From the NCBI GenBank assembly GCA_020328155.1, contig JAIXMX010000002.1, positions 1,847-65,846 of the forward strand: a stretch of DNA of 64,000 nucleotides. Reading direction: 5' to 3'. Below the pieces are notes generated by a model that was not told the origin of the DNA, did not search any database, and worked only from the letters and a program-made list of their open reading frames with translations. The stretch is from Candidatus Endomicrobiellum agilis (GTDB taxonomy: Bacteria > Elusimicrobiota > Endomicrobiia > Endomicrobiales > Endomicrobiaceae). The translations under genes and the position numbers were made by a program. This document shows, piece by piece, positions 18,901 through 28,455 of the stretch (its first letter is position 1; the number at the start of each line of letters is the position of its first letter).

Positions 18901-20598
18901 GCCGTAAGAGGAAGCATAAATATAAATGCCGGCTTATCTGGACGTATCGGTCAACCTAAAGGGAGCATATCAATAACGTCGGTAAACGGGTCTGTGATGG
19001 AAACTCCGTACGACAATTTTGATGTTGAAGTTGATTTCTCGGATAATTATGCGCATATAAAAAAAGCCGTTGTGTTTAAGCGGAATGAAATCAGTATGTC
19101 TGTCCAAGGCGCTTTTCCGTTGTGGTTTGATAAAACTTTATCTGAAAAAATGCAAAATAAACCTATAGATGTAACTTATGAAGTAGAAGATAGCAAATTA
19201 AGCATCTTAAAATATTTATCTGGAGGTTATATTAAGCCCTATAGCGGAAAAATGCTTATAAAAGGATCTGTTAAAGGGACTTATGCAAAAATCAGCAGTA
19301 ATGGCAGACTTTCGGCAATGGGAGGATCCTTTGAAATAGAGAATTACATTGATAAAGCAAAAGATATGTCTATTGAAATGTCGCTTATTGAAGATTTGGT
19401 TAAAATTGATAAATTTAGTTTTAAATCTGGACCCGGAAAACTGAATGCTTATGGTCAGTTGCGGCTCAACAAATTTAATGTCAGGGATTTTGACATAAGG
19501 CTTGTTACCGGTAATAAAGGGATCTTTTTACGCGTTCCTCAACTGCCTATAACGAGCATTATGGGGGATAAATCATTGCTGCAGGATTATTCTGCCGGCG
19601 AACTCGGTTTTGACATTAGGGTACACGGTAGTCCGGAAGAGCCTAAAGTTGCGGGATCGATTTTGCTTGAAAATACGCGTTTTACATTTCCGGGAGATGG
19701 TAACGACGAAGATATAGGTTCTTTTATTCCTAAAAACACAGAGTTTGATTTGAAATTGCTAACTGCAAAGAATACGAGATTTGAGAATTCTTTTGTTTAC
19801 GCGTTGATAAATGGTTTTTTATACATCAGAGGTCCTTATAATAATCTGAGAACAAACGGAATAATTGAAGCTTCAAAAGGTAGAATAAACTATTTTGGGA
19901 TTGGATTTGACATAGTAAATGCTAAAGTAGAAGTAGTGGATAGAACGCATGAAAATCAGGTTTATGTCACTGCCGAAGGAGAAACAGCAGTATTTTTAAA
20001 AAAGGAGAACAAACCGGAAACTATAAAATTGATTGTTGACAGAACTGAAATATCTAAAATATCAACGGAGTCCATAAAGTTTTCTTCAAAAGACAATCCA
20101 AATATAGATTCGCATACAGCTCTTGAAAAAATTGTGGGAACTAAACGGGACACAGATATAAATGCGCCGGGACTTGGAATTATATCGAATTTTATGATTA
20201 AACAGCGGGTTTTACGTTTAGTTGATCAATTGCTTACAATGCCTTTTGCGAAAACAGTTTTACGCAAAACTGGACTCGTCGATGATTTTAGAGTTTCTTA
20301 CTCTCAGATTGACACCGATGTTTCTCAGAGTGATGCGTTTTCAAATTTATTTATTGGAAACAAATATTCAATTGAAAAAAATCTTACAAGTCAAATTCTT
20401 TTTGGATACTCAATTCTTCTTGACGAATTGCATAAGGAGCTTGACTTGCGTCACGAAATAGAAGTTAGGTATAAGCTTACGGATAATTTGTTTTTGATTG
20501 GTAGTTACGAACTTAATTTCAACGAATATTTGCGTCAACCTGACAGAAGATTGATGCTTCAGTATCAGGTACGTTTCGGATCGCCTGCAAAAGAGTAG
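15934..20598 (+). CDS. tamB: TamB/AsmA-like translocation and assembly module protein (1554 aa)
   Basis: N-terminal membrane anchor, very long beta-rich repetitive body, and a DUF490-like C-terminus (..LFLIGSYELNF...RRLMLQYQVRF). Confidence 0.65.
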   Translation: MTAKVRGMCKFLKYIMSMLIVLAVLVSLLYYARASIFVPFIQKYIRAKIGHEIKFDNFYILPQTFSLAFTNVKVDNVFAVKKITFNLNPIKFFAYIAAPMKCISRIDISKLEVSLNANSKDKNVSSDKNNTAFKLPESKITIFVDEAVIKNNKEILKIIDARILLGPNQINLESMIYALGIPIKINSHIKRAAGNIFNISSILAAENKLDMLVNSSGTVDLSSLDITQNIAVEKLIYGGFKLNGSSGIFSKTGNACKISLSGSFGKFEFNSFADGVAEAKSKIDISEINKSMSGNINLNFKRQNDTAVFGLNIVDLVVFGFRFRNFNLSGMKNHNGIYDMSCIYETGGKIKIGYTRNGNYKACLVIGNKTAGTVEGNTETGEVAVDIKSVDAAYVPVIPFIWKDAKGIVNISGAIDEVSGQIDFAFKSLNVSTGINSANVTGTINRSNDMYVFNFYKNDNSFVLNSVIKSGEIVSADFKFAGIDVSDILRICGYSKYSVLGTVSGRVKYEKNSGAEFDIKVFNGILYGNKFKKIEAKGDVNLDRINIERFILKNDSDEITADIMGLLGFTKANSVSSVYVNVRDIDVGGVKVSGYASFQGSLSDNDEIKGIVESVGSNVSGVSLGNLLANATISTKKFEISNLKSNNGIEASVRADFKENKLSGNLSFKNTDIKGVYNGVSGLLNSTVKFSGELDNPDVRIAACVKKGKYLFQSFSFLSDLEYRNSVFKVDKAVLSADKTKVSLKGNYLNGGIISLTVENLTERIINTFVGFRTPLKGSFSGDGVLMAKDGKQCLKMSLQAKKAYVKTLKLNDVKSDIEINGDNIAINSASAGILDSEIKVDKGFFNIEDGKYGLNLSLINAHAGPFDLFGSIKLSGEIIKRKGGSIYTGAIDLQNLWINKYKLSYCRFDYNIKDKTLEFLQKADGVNLYDSSGLIVFGDTISVKKFNISKDKTSLDLKADFSNNSVDVEVEGSNIDWRFITDVLNLPIAVRGSININAGLSGRIGQPKGSISITSVNGSVMETPYDNFDVEVDFSDNYAHIKKAVVFKRNEISMSVQGAFPLWFDKTLSEKMQNKPIDVTYEVEDSKLSILKYLSGGYIKPYSGKMLIKGSVKGTYAKISSNGRLSAMGGSFEIENYIDKAKDMSIEMSLIEDLVKIDKFSFKSGPGKLNAYGQLRLNKFNVRDFDIRLVTGNKGIFLRVPQLPITSIMGDKSLLQDYSAGELGFDIRVHGSPEEPKVAGSILLENTRFTFPGDGNDEDIGSFIPKNTEFDLKLLTAKNTRFENSFVYALINGFLYIRGPYNNLRTNGIIEASKGRINYFGIGFDIVNAKVEVVDRTHENQVYVTAEGETAVFLKKENKPETIKLIVDRTEISKISTESIKFSSKDNPNIDSHTALEKIVGTKRDTDINAPGLGIISNFMIKQRVLRLVDQLLTMPFAKTVLRKTGLVDDFRVSYSQIDTDVSQSDAFSNLFIGNKYSIEKNLTSQILFGYSILLDELHKELDLRHEIEVRYKLTDNLFLIGSYELNFNEYLRQPDRRLMLQYQVRFGSPAKE

Positions 20599-21119
20599 AA
20601 TGAGGAAGATAAAAAAATGATGGGAAAGTTCGTAGCAGTTGGTTTTTTAACATAGTGTTTTTACAAGATTATATTCCAAAATACTAAAATATTGCATCTG
20701 ACCAATGTAGAGATTTGTATATCAAAGTTTTTGTAATCGAGAATTTCTAAAAGAGGGGTTGCAAGTCAAAATTTGTAATTTATGATAGATTATATCAGCG
20801 CTGATATTCCCGCTCTACCGTCGACGGATCCTTTTGACATTTTCTTAGTATATGGTGAGAAAGCTTCTATTGGAGTTTTAGGCAATATTCTTGGAAAATT
20901 GTGTGACTGACTGAGATATTCAGCAATGGGGATTCATATACGCACTTATCTTAGCGTAGATTAATTGGTTCTGCAAACAAATGTACGGGGAGAACGGGGA
21001 GATAAAAGATAGATTCTCATTAAAATTGAACTTCCTAAAACATTCAGAAACAGAGCGGGCGTTGATTTCCGTAATGGCAAACAAGAAATAATGGACAAAA
21101 AATATATCGAGGAGTAATA

Positions 21120-22448
21120 ATGCAAAATTTTGATCAGTTTATTGGATCGTTTTCTTTTGATGACAGACTTGCGGAAGTTGATATTACCGGCTCAATAGCT
21201 CATACGAAAATGCTTATAAAAACTGGAATTATAAATTCTTCAGACGGCGAGAAAATTGTTTCGGGATTGACGTCTATTTTGAAAGATATGGAGAAAGGTT
21301 GGAAACTTCCGGATGAGGAAGATGTGCATTATGCCGTTGAAAAAGAGCTTATGCGGAGAATAGGTTCTGTCGGTGGAAAAATGCATACCGCAAGAAGTAG
21401 AAACGATCAGGTTGCAACTGATTTAAGAATTTATCTGAAACAGAAAATAGGAGTTATTCAAGGTCTTATAAACGATTTTCAGAAAGTACTTGTTAAAAAG
21501 GCCGATGAAAATATTGATGTTGTAATGCCCGGTTTTACACACTTGCAACCTGCCCAGCCTGTTTTGGCGGCTCATCATCTCCTCGCCTATGCATGGATGA
21601 TGCAAAGAGACAAAGAAAGACTTACCGACTGTTATAAGAGAACTGACATTCTGCCTTTAGGAAGCGCCGCTTTGGCAGGAACTTCTTTCGATATCGACAG
21701 GCAATATACAGCAAAACTTCTGGATTTTAAAAATGTAAGCGAAAATTCTTTAGATGCTGTAAGCGACAGAGATTTCGCCGTAGAATTTGTATTCTGTATA
21801 TCTTTAACAGCTTTGCATTTAACTAGGTTTTGTGAGGAAATAATTTTATGGATGAATCCGGAATTTGGTTATATAACGATAGATGACAAGTTCACGTCGG
21901 GTTCGTCGATAATGCCGCAGAAAAGAAATCCTGACTGCGCTGAAGTTATAAGAGGAAAATCCGGAAGAATTTTTGGAGATTTAATTGCGCTTCTTACAAT
22001 AATAAAATCTTTGCCGCTTGCTTATAATAGAGATTTACAGGAAGATAAGCCGCCTGTTTTTGATGCTTTGGATAATATCAAAATGTGCCTTGAGGTTATG
22101 AATGAAATGGCGGACAGTTTAAAATTTGTCATAGAAAAAACTTTAAAAAGCACAGAAAAAGGTTTTATTGCGGCAACTGAGATAGCTGATTATCTTGCAA
22201 GGAATAATGTGCCTTTCAGAGTGGCTCACGGTATAGTTAAAGACATTGTCTTATACTGCGGAAAGAATTCAAAAACGCTGAATGAGCTTTCTCTTGAGGA
22301 ATACCGCAAATTTTCAGAGATATTTAAGGAAGATATATTCAAACATTTGGATATAAGAAATATTGCCGAGATGAAAACTTCTTACGGCGGAACTTCAAAA
22401 AAATCTGTTTTACGCCAGATAGACAATATCAAACAAAAGTTAGAATAA
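21120..22448 (+). CDS. argH: Argininosuccinate lyase
   Basis: Fumarate-lyase signature GSSIMPQKRNPD and SRNDQVATD. About 15 aa shorter at the N-terminus than the E. coli enzyme; the frame is closed by a TAA at 21072. Confidence 0.92.
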   Translation: MQNFDQFIGSFSFDDRLAEVDITGSIAHTKMLIKTGIINSSDGEKIVSGLTSILKDMEKGWKLPDEEDVHYAVEKELMRRIGSVGGKMHTARSRNDQVATDLRIYLKQKIGVIQGLINDFQKVLVKKADENIDVVMPGFTHLQPAQPVLAAHHLLAYAWMMQRDKERLTDCYKRTDILPLGSAALAGTSFDIDRQYTAKLLDFKNVSENSLDAVSDRDFAVEFVFCISLTALHLTRFCEEIILWMNPEFGYITIDDKFTSGSSIMPQKRNPDCAEVIRGKSGRIFGDLIALLTIIKSLPLAYNRDLQEDKPPVFDALDNIKMCLEVMNEMADSLKFVIEKTLKSTEKGFIAATEIADYLARNNVPFRVAHGIVKDIVLYCGKNSKTLNELSLEEYRKFSEIFKEDIFKHLDIRNIAEMKTSYGGTSKKSVLRQIDNIKQKLE

Positions 22449-22914
22449 AAAAGTTTGCAGTCTTGCTTATTTTAACTGAGTTGCCGAATGTCCAGATGGT
22501 TTTGTAATGGATTTCGGTTAGTGCATGTATGCACGCGTAATATTTACGCAGAGCGGAGAATTGAAAAATAAGATTGCTGTGTTTTGTAAATGTTGTTTTA
22601 GGTTTAAGCCTGCCTGCTTCAATAATTGCAAATCTATGATAATATTTAATAGAGCGGTCGCGGTTTCTGTTTGTCTTCTTGACGGATAAAAAGATTTATA
22701 TTATTCTAAATTCTACGAAATTTTCAATATGTAAAGCGTTTATTGCAACTGAAGGACAAAAGCTGTGAACAAGCTTGCCGAAATTTGTCGACCGCAAGTT
22801 CTTTTGCGGAAATGAAGAAACGGCAGGAAAGCACGTTTTGTGCTGAAAAGGCACTTTGACAGTGAATATAAGGTTTTGATAAAATATTATAAAATAAGAG
22901 GAGTCGGAAGAAAA

Positions 22915-24147
22915 ATGCTTCAATTCAAGAAAGATGACTTATACATCGAGCAGGTGAAATTATCGGATATTGCAAAAGAATACGGAACTAGCACATATAT
23001 TTATTCAAAGAGTCAAATTGTAAATAACTTTGAAAACTATAAAAAAGCGTTAAGCCTCAAAGAGGGACTTATATGTTTTGCCTGTAAAACGAATTCAAAC
23101 GGCGCGATTTTAAAACTTCTTGCTGAACTCGGAGCCGGAGCGGATACAACTTCCGGCGGCGAAATATACAGATGTTTAAAAGCGGGTTTTGATCCGTCAA
23201 ATATAGTCTATGCGGGTGTCGGTAAAACTGCAGAAGAAATAGAATATGCTTTGAAAAGCAAAATTTTTATGTTTAATGTCGAATCTTTTGAAGAGCTTGA
23301 CGCAATAGATAAAATAGCCGGCAAAATTAAAGTCAAGGCAAAAATTGCATTCAGAGTGAATCCTCATGTTGATCCGGACACTCATTCTTATATAGTTACA
23401 GGTAAAAAAGGAACAAAGTTTGGCATTCCTTATGAAGATGCGGTGAACGCGTATTTAACTGCAAAACAAAAGAAAAATATTGTAATTCTCGGTATACATT
23501 CACATATTGGTTCACAAATCTTAGATGTCGGTTCTTTCAAACTTGCGGCGCAGAAAATAAAGAAAGTTGTTGACGCCGTAGAAAAGAACGGCATAAAACT
23601 TGAGTATATAAACTGTGGTGGTGGTCTTGGCGTCGAATATACAAAAAAGCAAAAAGCTCCATCTCCTAAACAGCTGATGTCGGAATTATTTCCAGTGTTT
23701 GATGCGGATAAAAAATTTATTTTTGAACCGGGTCGTTCAATAATCGCAAACGCCGGGCATCTTCTTGCAAAAGTTATATATAAAAAAGTTTCAGGCGGGA
23801 AAAGTTTTCTTATTACCGACGCAGGAATGAACGATTTAATAAGACCTACTTTGTATGAAGCTTATCATGAAATTATACCTGTAAAAAAGACGGATGATAA
23901 AAAAGTTAAAACTGACGTTGTGGGACCTATATGCGAAAGTGGCGATTTTATGGGCAAAGATAGAATGCTTTCTGTTGTAGAGCAGGGTGGGTATCTTCTT
24001 ATAACTTGTGCAGGAGCTTACGGATTTGCAATGTCGTCGGAATATAATTCAAGACCTTTGCTTGCCGAGGTTTTGATTGATGGCGACAAAGCTGTATTAA
24101 TAAGAAAAAGAGCAACATACGAGGATTTATTGTTAAACGAAGTCTAG
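22915..24147 (+). CDS. lysA: Diaminopimelate decarboxylase
   Basis: An ATG at 22915 after GAGGAG gives MLQFKKDDLYIE.. (the track start at 22840 is an upstream alternative). Orn/DAP/Arg decarboxylase motifs are present (FACKTNSN, GGGLGV, CESGD). Confidence 0.92.
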   Translation: MLQFKKDDLYIEQVKLSDIAKEYGTSTYIYSKSQIVNNFENYKKALSLKEGLICFACKTNSNGAILKLLAELGAGADTTSGGEIYRCLKAGFDPSNIVYAGVGKTAEEIEYALKSKIFMFNVESFEELDAIDKIAGKIKVKAKIAFRVNPHVDPDTHSYIVTGKKGTKFGIPYEDAVNAYLTAKQKKNIVILGIHSHIGSQILDVGSFKLAAQKIKKVVDAVEKNGIKLEYINCGGGLGVEYTKKQKAPSPKQLMSELFPVFDADKKFIFEPGRSIIANAGHLLAKVIYKKVSGGKSFLITDAGMNDLIRPTLYEAYHEIIPVKKTDDKKVKTDVVGPICESGDFMGKDRMLSVVEQGGYLLITCAGAYGFAMSSEYNSRPLLAEVLIDGDKAVLIRKRATYEDLLLNEV

Positions 24148-24342
24148 GTTTTAGGTATTCCGATAGGTAAAAAAGCTTGATTATTGTGAAAAATTGAGGG
24201 TTTTAGAGAGTATAAAAAGAGAAAGGGTAAATATTTCAGGACTTTACAAAAAAAGCTGTTTTTTAGGATAACGCGGTAGAAACAAGAGCGCAAGTACTCC
24301 GAAAACAGAGTTTCTTGACTGGGATAAAGTGGAGAGATAAGA

Positions 24343-25158
24343 ATGAACGTAAATTTTTCAAAACTCACTGCTGCCGGAAATGATTTTATTTTGATAGATA
24401 ACAGGAAAAATATAATTGCAGAGAAAGATTGTCAGACTCTGGCAAAAAAGCTCTGCGATAGAAAATATTCAATCGGAGCTGATGGTTTAATATTACTTGA
24501 AAAAAGCGCTAGTAAAGATTTTAGAATGAAATACTTTAACTCCGACGGCTCTTATGCTTCAATGTGCGGCAACGGCGGGAGATCCGTTGCGAAATTTGCT
24601 TATGATTTGGGCATTGCAAATTCAAAAATGGTTTTTGAAACTGATGCAGGGATTATAAATGCCGAAATTTTGCCGCAAGACAGAATCAAACTTGATTTAT
24701 ATAATCCGAAAGACTTAAAGAAAGGTATAAAAATTGAAGCTGATGGAGAGGAGTTTGACGTTGATTTTGTAAATACAGGCGTTCCGCATGCAATTATATT
24801 TGTTGCCGATGTTGAAAAAATCGATGTTTTTAAGTACGGGAAAGCCGTAAGGTATCATAAAGCTTTTGCTCCTGCGGGAACGAATGTTAATTTCGTCAAA
24901 GTCATAAAAGAAGACAATACTCTTCTTGTGCGTACTTATGAAAGAGGTGTTGAGGGCGAGACTTTAGCCTGCGGTACCGGCATAACCGCTTCGGGAATTA
25001 TTTCTGTCCTCAGAGGTTTTGCAAGGTCTCCAGTCAATATAATTGCAAGAGGTGGAGATAGATTGTCGGTTTCTTTAAAAAATTTGAACGATAGAATAAG
25101 CGATGTTGTGCTTGAAGGACCTGCCCTTATAGTATTTAAGGGAGTAATTGAAATATAG
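24343..25158 (+). CDS. dapF: Diaminopimelate epimerase
   Basis: FSKLTAAGNDFILID, the MCGNG active-site Cys and a second catalytic ACGTG. Confidence 0.92.
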   Translation: MNVNFSKLTAAGNDFILIDNRKNIIAEKDCQTLAKKLCDRKYSIGADGLILLEKSASKDFRMKYFNSDGSYASMCGNGGRSVAKFAYDLGIANSKMVFETDAGIINAEILPQDRIKLDLYNPKDLKKGIKIEADGEEFDVDFVNTGVPHAIIFVADVEKIDVFKYGKAVRYHKAFAPAGTNVNFVKVIKEDNTLLVRTYERGVEGETLACGTGITASGIISVLRGFARSPVNIIARGGDRLSVSLKNLNDRISDVVLEGPALIVFKGVIEI

Positions 25159-25289
25159 AGTGGGCGAGAAGAAAGTAGTTTTAATAACAGTTTGGAGTTT
25201 GGATAGTGATGTTTTAGCGTCGTTGTGATAATTTACGCTTTTTTTAACACTTCAAACTCGCAACTGACGAAGCGTATCATGGGGGATTT

Positions 25290-26165
25290 ATGTTTTCGGG
25301 AGTATATACCGCGTTAATTACGCCATTTAAAGATGGGAAAATTGATTTTGATGCATTGGAAAGATTGATTGAAAATCAGTATGAAAACGGAGTTGATGGA
25401 GTTGTTCCGTGCGGAACTACAGGCGAGTCGCCTACTTTGACCTATGAAGAACATGAAGCGGTTATAGAATTTTGCGTTAAAAATGCAAGGGGAAGAATGA
25501 AAGTTCTTGCTGGAACCGGTTCTAATTCTACAGATGAAGCGATATATTTTACGCGATCTGCAAAAAATGCAGGTTGTGATGGGGCGTTAGTGGTTTCGCC
25601 GTATTACAATAAGCCTACCCAGAAAGGTTTGTATCTGCATTTTAAGACTATAGCGGATACGGTAAATATTCCTATTGTGCTTTATAATATTGCTGGAAGA
25701 ACTTCCGTAAATATTGAACCTGCGACAATAGCAAAACTTTTTGAAGATTGCAAAAATATTATAGGTGTAAAGGAAGCGTCAGGACTTGTGGATCAGATGA
25801 GTATTATAAAATCCTTAGTGCCTGACATAGAACTTTTTTCAGGAGACGATGCGCTTACTCTTCCATCGTTATCAATAGGCGGGGTTGGAGTTATTTCGGT
25901 TTTATCTAACATTGTTCCTGCCAAAGTGGTGTCTCTTGTGAGAACTTTTGAAAAGGGTGATATTAAAGAGGCGATGAGAATCCACTATAGATTGTTTCCT
26001 CTAATAAAATCAATGTTTATGGAAACAAATCCTATACCTGTAAAAACTGCTGCATCTTTGCTTGGAATATGTAGGGCTGATCTAAGACTCCCAATATGTG
26101 AAATGGAAGAAGCAAATAGACTAAAACTTGAAAAAATATTAAAAGATTTTGATTTGTTAAAATAA
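25290..26165 (+). CDS. dapA: 4-hydroxy-tetrahydrodipicolinate synthase
   Basis: GVYTALITPF, GTTGESPTLT, YNKPTQ and a Schiff-base Lys region (IIGVKEASG). Confidence 0.95.
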   Translation: MFSGVYTALITPFKDGKIDFDALERLIENQYENGVDGVVPCGTTGESPTLTYEEHEAVIEFCVKNARGRMKVLAGTGSNSTDEAIYFTRSAKNAGCDGALVVSPYYNKPTQKGLYLHFKTIADTVNIPIVLYNIAGRTSVNIEPATIAKLFEDCKNIIGVKEASGLVDQMSIIKSLVPDIELFSGDDALTLPSLSIGGVGVISVLSNIVPAKVVSLVRTFEKGDIKEAMRIHYRLFPLIKSMFMETNPIPVKTAASLLGICRADLRLPICEMEEANRLKLEKILKDFDLLK

Positions 26166-26441
26166 GAGCGAAGCAAACAGTGTGATCTTATGCTATTTCA
26201 AAGTAGCATACATGAGTTTTCAGCTAAACAATAACCGTCGTCCGCTATATTAAAGAGTCATTTTAGTAGTTGTAGAGCGAGTCTTTCAGGAAGGAGAGAA
26301 AGGAGTAAACGAACCCCTCTTATTTCTGTATTTCAGCTTGATTAAAAAAGATGTGTCTGGATACGGTTGTTGCGATCTCTTTCTACTGTCAGAAAAGTGG
26401 AGAGATTTGTATATTTTTATTGTTATATTAGGAGTTTTTAA

Positions 26442-27215
26442 ATGAAAATAACGGTTTGTGGAGCTGCTGGAAGAATGGGACAAGCAATACTTGCGATAGC
26501 AAAATCAGATGAAGATGTTGAAGTTGTAGGTGCTTTAGAGCATGAAGGAAGCAGAGCAATCGGCACAGGCGAGCCAATAATATCTTCTGTCAATAATTTA
26601 GAAAAATTTTTATCTGAAACAGATGCTTTAATAGATTTTACGAACACTGACAGCGCTTTGAAGAATTTAGATATTGCAAAAGGATGTAAAATACCCGTAG
26701 TTATAGGAACAACGGGGTTTAATGAAGAACAGAAAAAGAGAGTAGCGGAAATATCAAAAAGTATTCCTATCGTTTTTTCGCCTAATATGTCGGTGGGCGT
26801 AAACATTTTGTTTAAACTCGTCGAAGCCGTTGCGAAAAAAATTCCCGATTATGATATTGAGATAGTTGAAGTGCATCACAATAAAAAGAAAGATTCACCG
26901 TCTGGTACAGCTACAAAATTAGCGGAAGTTGCGGCGTCTTCTATAGGAAGAGATATTAATGATGCAGGTGTTTACGGCAGACATTCTGCAGATGCGCTGA
27001 GAAAAAAAGACGAAATCGGTGTGCATTCCGTAAGAGCTGGAGATATTGTCGGGGATCACACAGTGTATTTTGCAGGACCGGGTGAGAGAATTGAATTGAC
27101 TCACAGAGCCCATTCGAGAGATACTTTTGCAGCAGGTGCAGTTAGAGCGGCAAAATGGGTAGTCGGTCGAAAAACTGGATTGTATGACATGACTGATGTG
27201 CTTTCTTTGAAATAA
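26442..27215 (+). CDS. dapB: 4-hydroxy-tetrahydrodipicolinate reductase
   Basis: MKITVCGAAGRMG, EVHHNKKKDSPSGTA and the C-terminal HRAHSRDTFA. Confidence 0.95.
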   Translation: MKITVCGAAGRMGQAILAIAKSDEDVEVVGALEHEGSRAIGTGEPIISSVNNLEKFLSETDALIDFTNTDSALKNLDIAKGCKIPVVIGTTGFNEEQKKRVAEISKSIPIVFSPNMSVGVNILFKLVEAVAKKIPDYDIEIVEVHHNKKKDSPSGTATKLAEVAASSIGRDINDAGVYGRHSADALRKKDEIGVHSVRAGDIVGDHTVYFAGPGERIELTHRAHSRDTFAAGAVRAAKWVVGRKTGLYDMTDVLSLK

Positions 27216-27288
27216 ATTCTTAAATGAGGCTTGCAGGTGGCAATAAAAATTTAATACAGATATAATCTCATAAGGAGAATTAAAAAAA

Positions 27289-28455
27289 ATGGAAATTCAT
27301 TATAATGAAAAATTAAAGAAGCTGCCGCCTTATCTTTTTATTGAGATAGATAGAAAGAAAAAAGAAGCAATTGAGCGCGGAGCGGATATAATATCTTTAG
27401 GTGTTGGTGATCCGGATTTGCCTACGCCAGATCATATAATAAAATCCGTTCAGGAAGCCGTGACAAAGCCTATAAACCACCAATATCCATTCGGATCAGG
27501 TTTGCTTTCTTACAGAAAAGCTATTGTGGAATGGTACAAAAAAAGATTTAAAGTTGATTTAAGCGCCGATGAAATCTGTGCTCTTATAGGTTCAAAGGAA
27601 GGTATAGGACATATGCATCTGGGGTTTATAAACCCTGGAGATGTAGTTTTGATACCTGAGCCGGGTTATCCTGTGTATAACACAGGCACAATTTTTACTG
27701 ACGGTGTTCCGTATTTTATGCCTTTACTTGAAAAGAACGGTTTCTTGCCTGATTTAGATGCTATTCCTGCGGATATTCTTAAAAAAGCAAAATTGATTTT
27801 TATAAATTATCCTAATAATCCCACCGCCGCCGTTGCTCCGAGAGAATTTTACCTGAAACTCATAGAATTTGCAAAAAAAAATAATATAATTGTCGTGGCA
27901 GATGCTGCATATTCTGAAATATATTATGATGAGAACGAAAAACCATTGAGCTTTCTTGAGTTTTCAGGTGCTAAGGAAGTGGGAGTAGAGTTTCATTCGC
28001 TTTCAAAAACTTATAATATGACCGGTTGGCGTATAGGTTGGGTCTGTGGCAATAAAGATGTAGTTGCAGGCATTTTAAAAGTAAAAGATAACTATGATTC
28101 TGGTGTTTTTCAGGCGATTCAAGAAGCGGCGATTACGGCGCTTACATCCTCGCAGGAATGTGTCAAAAATTCTAGAAAAATATATAAAGAACGCAGAGAT
28201 ATTTTAGTTGAGGGCTTACGAGGATTAGGCTGGGAAGTAAATCTACCAAAAGCGTCTTTTTATGTCTGGGCAAAGGTTCCGAAAGGTTATACGTCGTCGC
28301 AGACCGTTTCGAAACTTCTTGATGAAGCTGCTATAATATGTACTCCGGGCAACGGCATGGGAAAAAGTGGCGAAGGATATGTCAGATTTGCTCTTACTGT
28401 AAATGTGCCGAGGATTAAAGAAACTGTGGAACGTATCAGTAAAATAAAATGGTAA
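27289..28455 (+). CDS. dapL: LL-diaminopimelate aminotransferase-type class I aminotransferase
   Basis: KLPPYLFIEIDRKKKEAIERGADIISLGVGDPDLPTP and SLSKTYNMTGWRIGW (PLP Lys). It is the last gene of the lysA-dapF-dapA-dapB block, and no dapD/dapC/dapE is present here. Confidence 0.65.
   Translation: MEIHYNEKLKKLPPYLFIEIDRKKKEAIERGADIISLGVGDPDLPTPDHIIKSVQEAVTKPINHQYPFGSGLLSYRKAIVEWYKKRFKVDLSADEICALIGSKEGIGHMHLGFINPGDVVLIPEPGYPVYNTGTIFTDGVPYFMPLLEKNGFLPDLDAIPADILKKAKLIFINYPNNPTAAVAPREFYLKLIEFAKKNNIIVVADAAYSEIYYDENEKPLSFLEFSGAKEVGVEFHSLSKTYNMTGWRIGWVCGNKDVVAGILKVKDNYDSGVFQAIQEAAITALTSSQECVKNSRKIYKERRDILVEGLRGLGWEVNLPKASFYVWAKVPKGYTSSQTVSKLLDEAAIICTPGNGMGKSGEGYVRFALTVNVPRIKETVERISKIKW

Noticed and set aside
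20820-20831. GTCGACGGATCC (adjacent SalI and BamHI sites), reminiscent of a cloning-vector polylinker.
   Set aside because: It is only 12 nt with no flanking vector-like sequence. The surrounding composition is the same as the rest of the spacer, so it is most likely coincidence.
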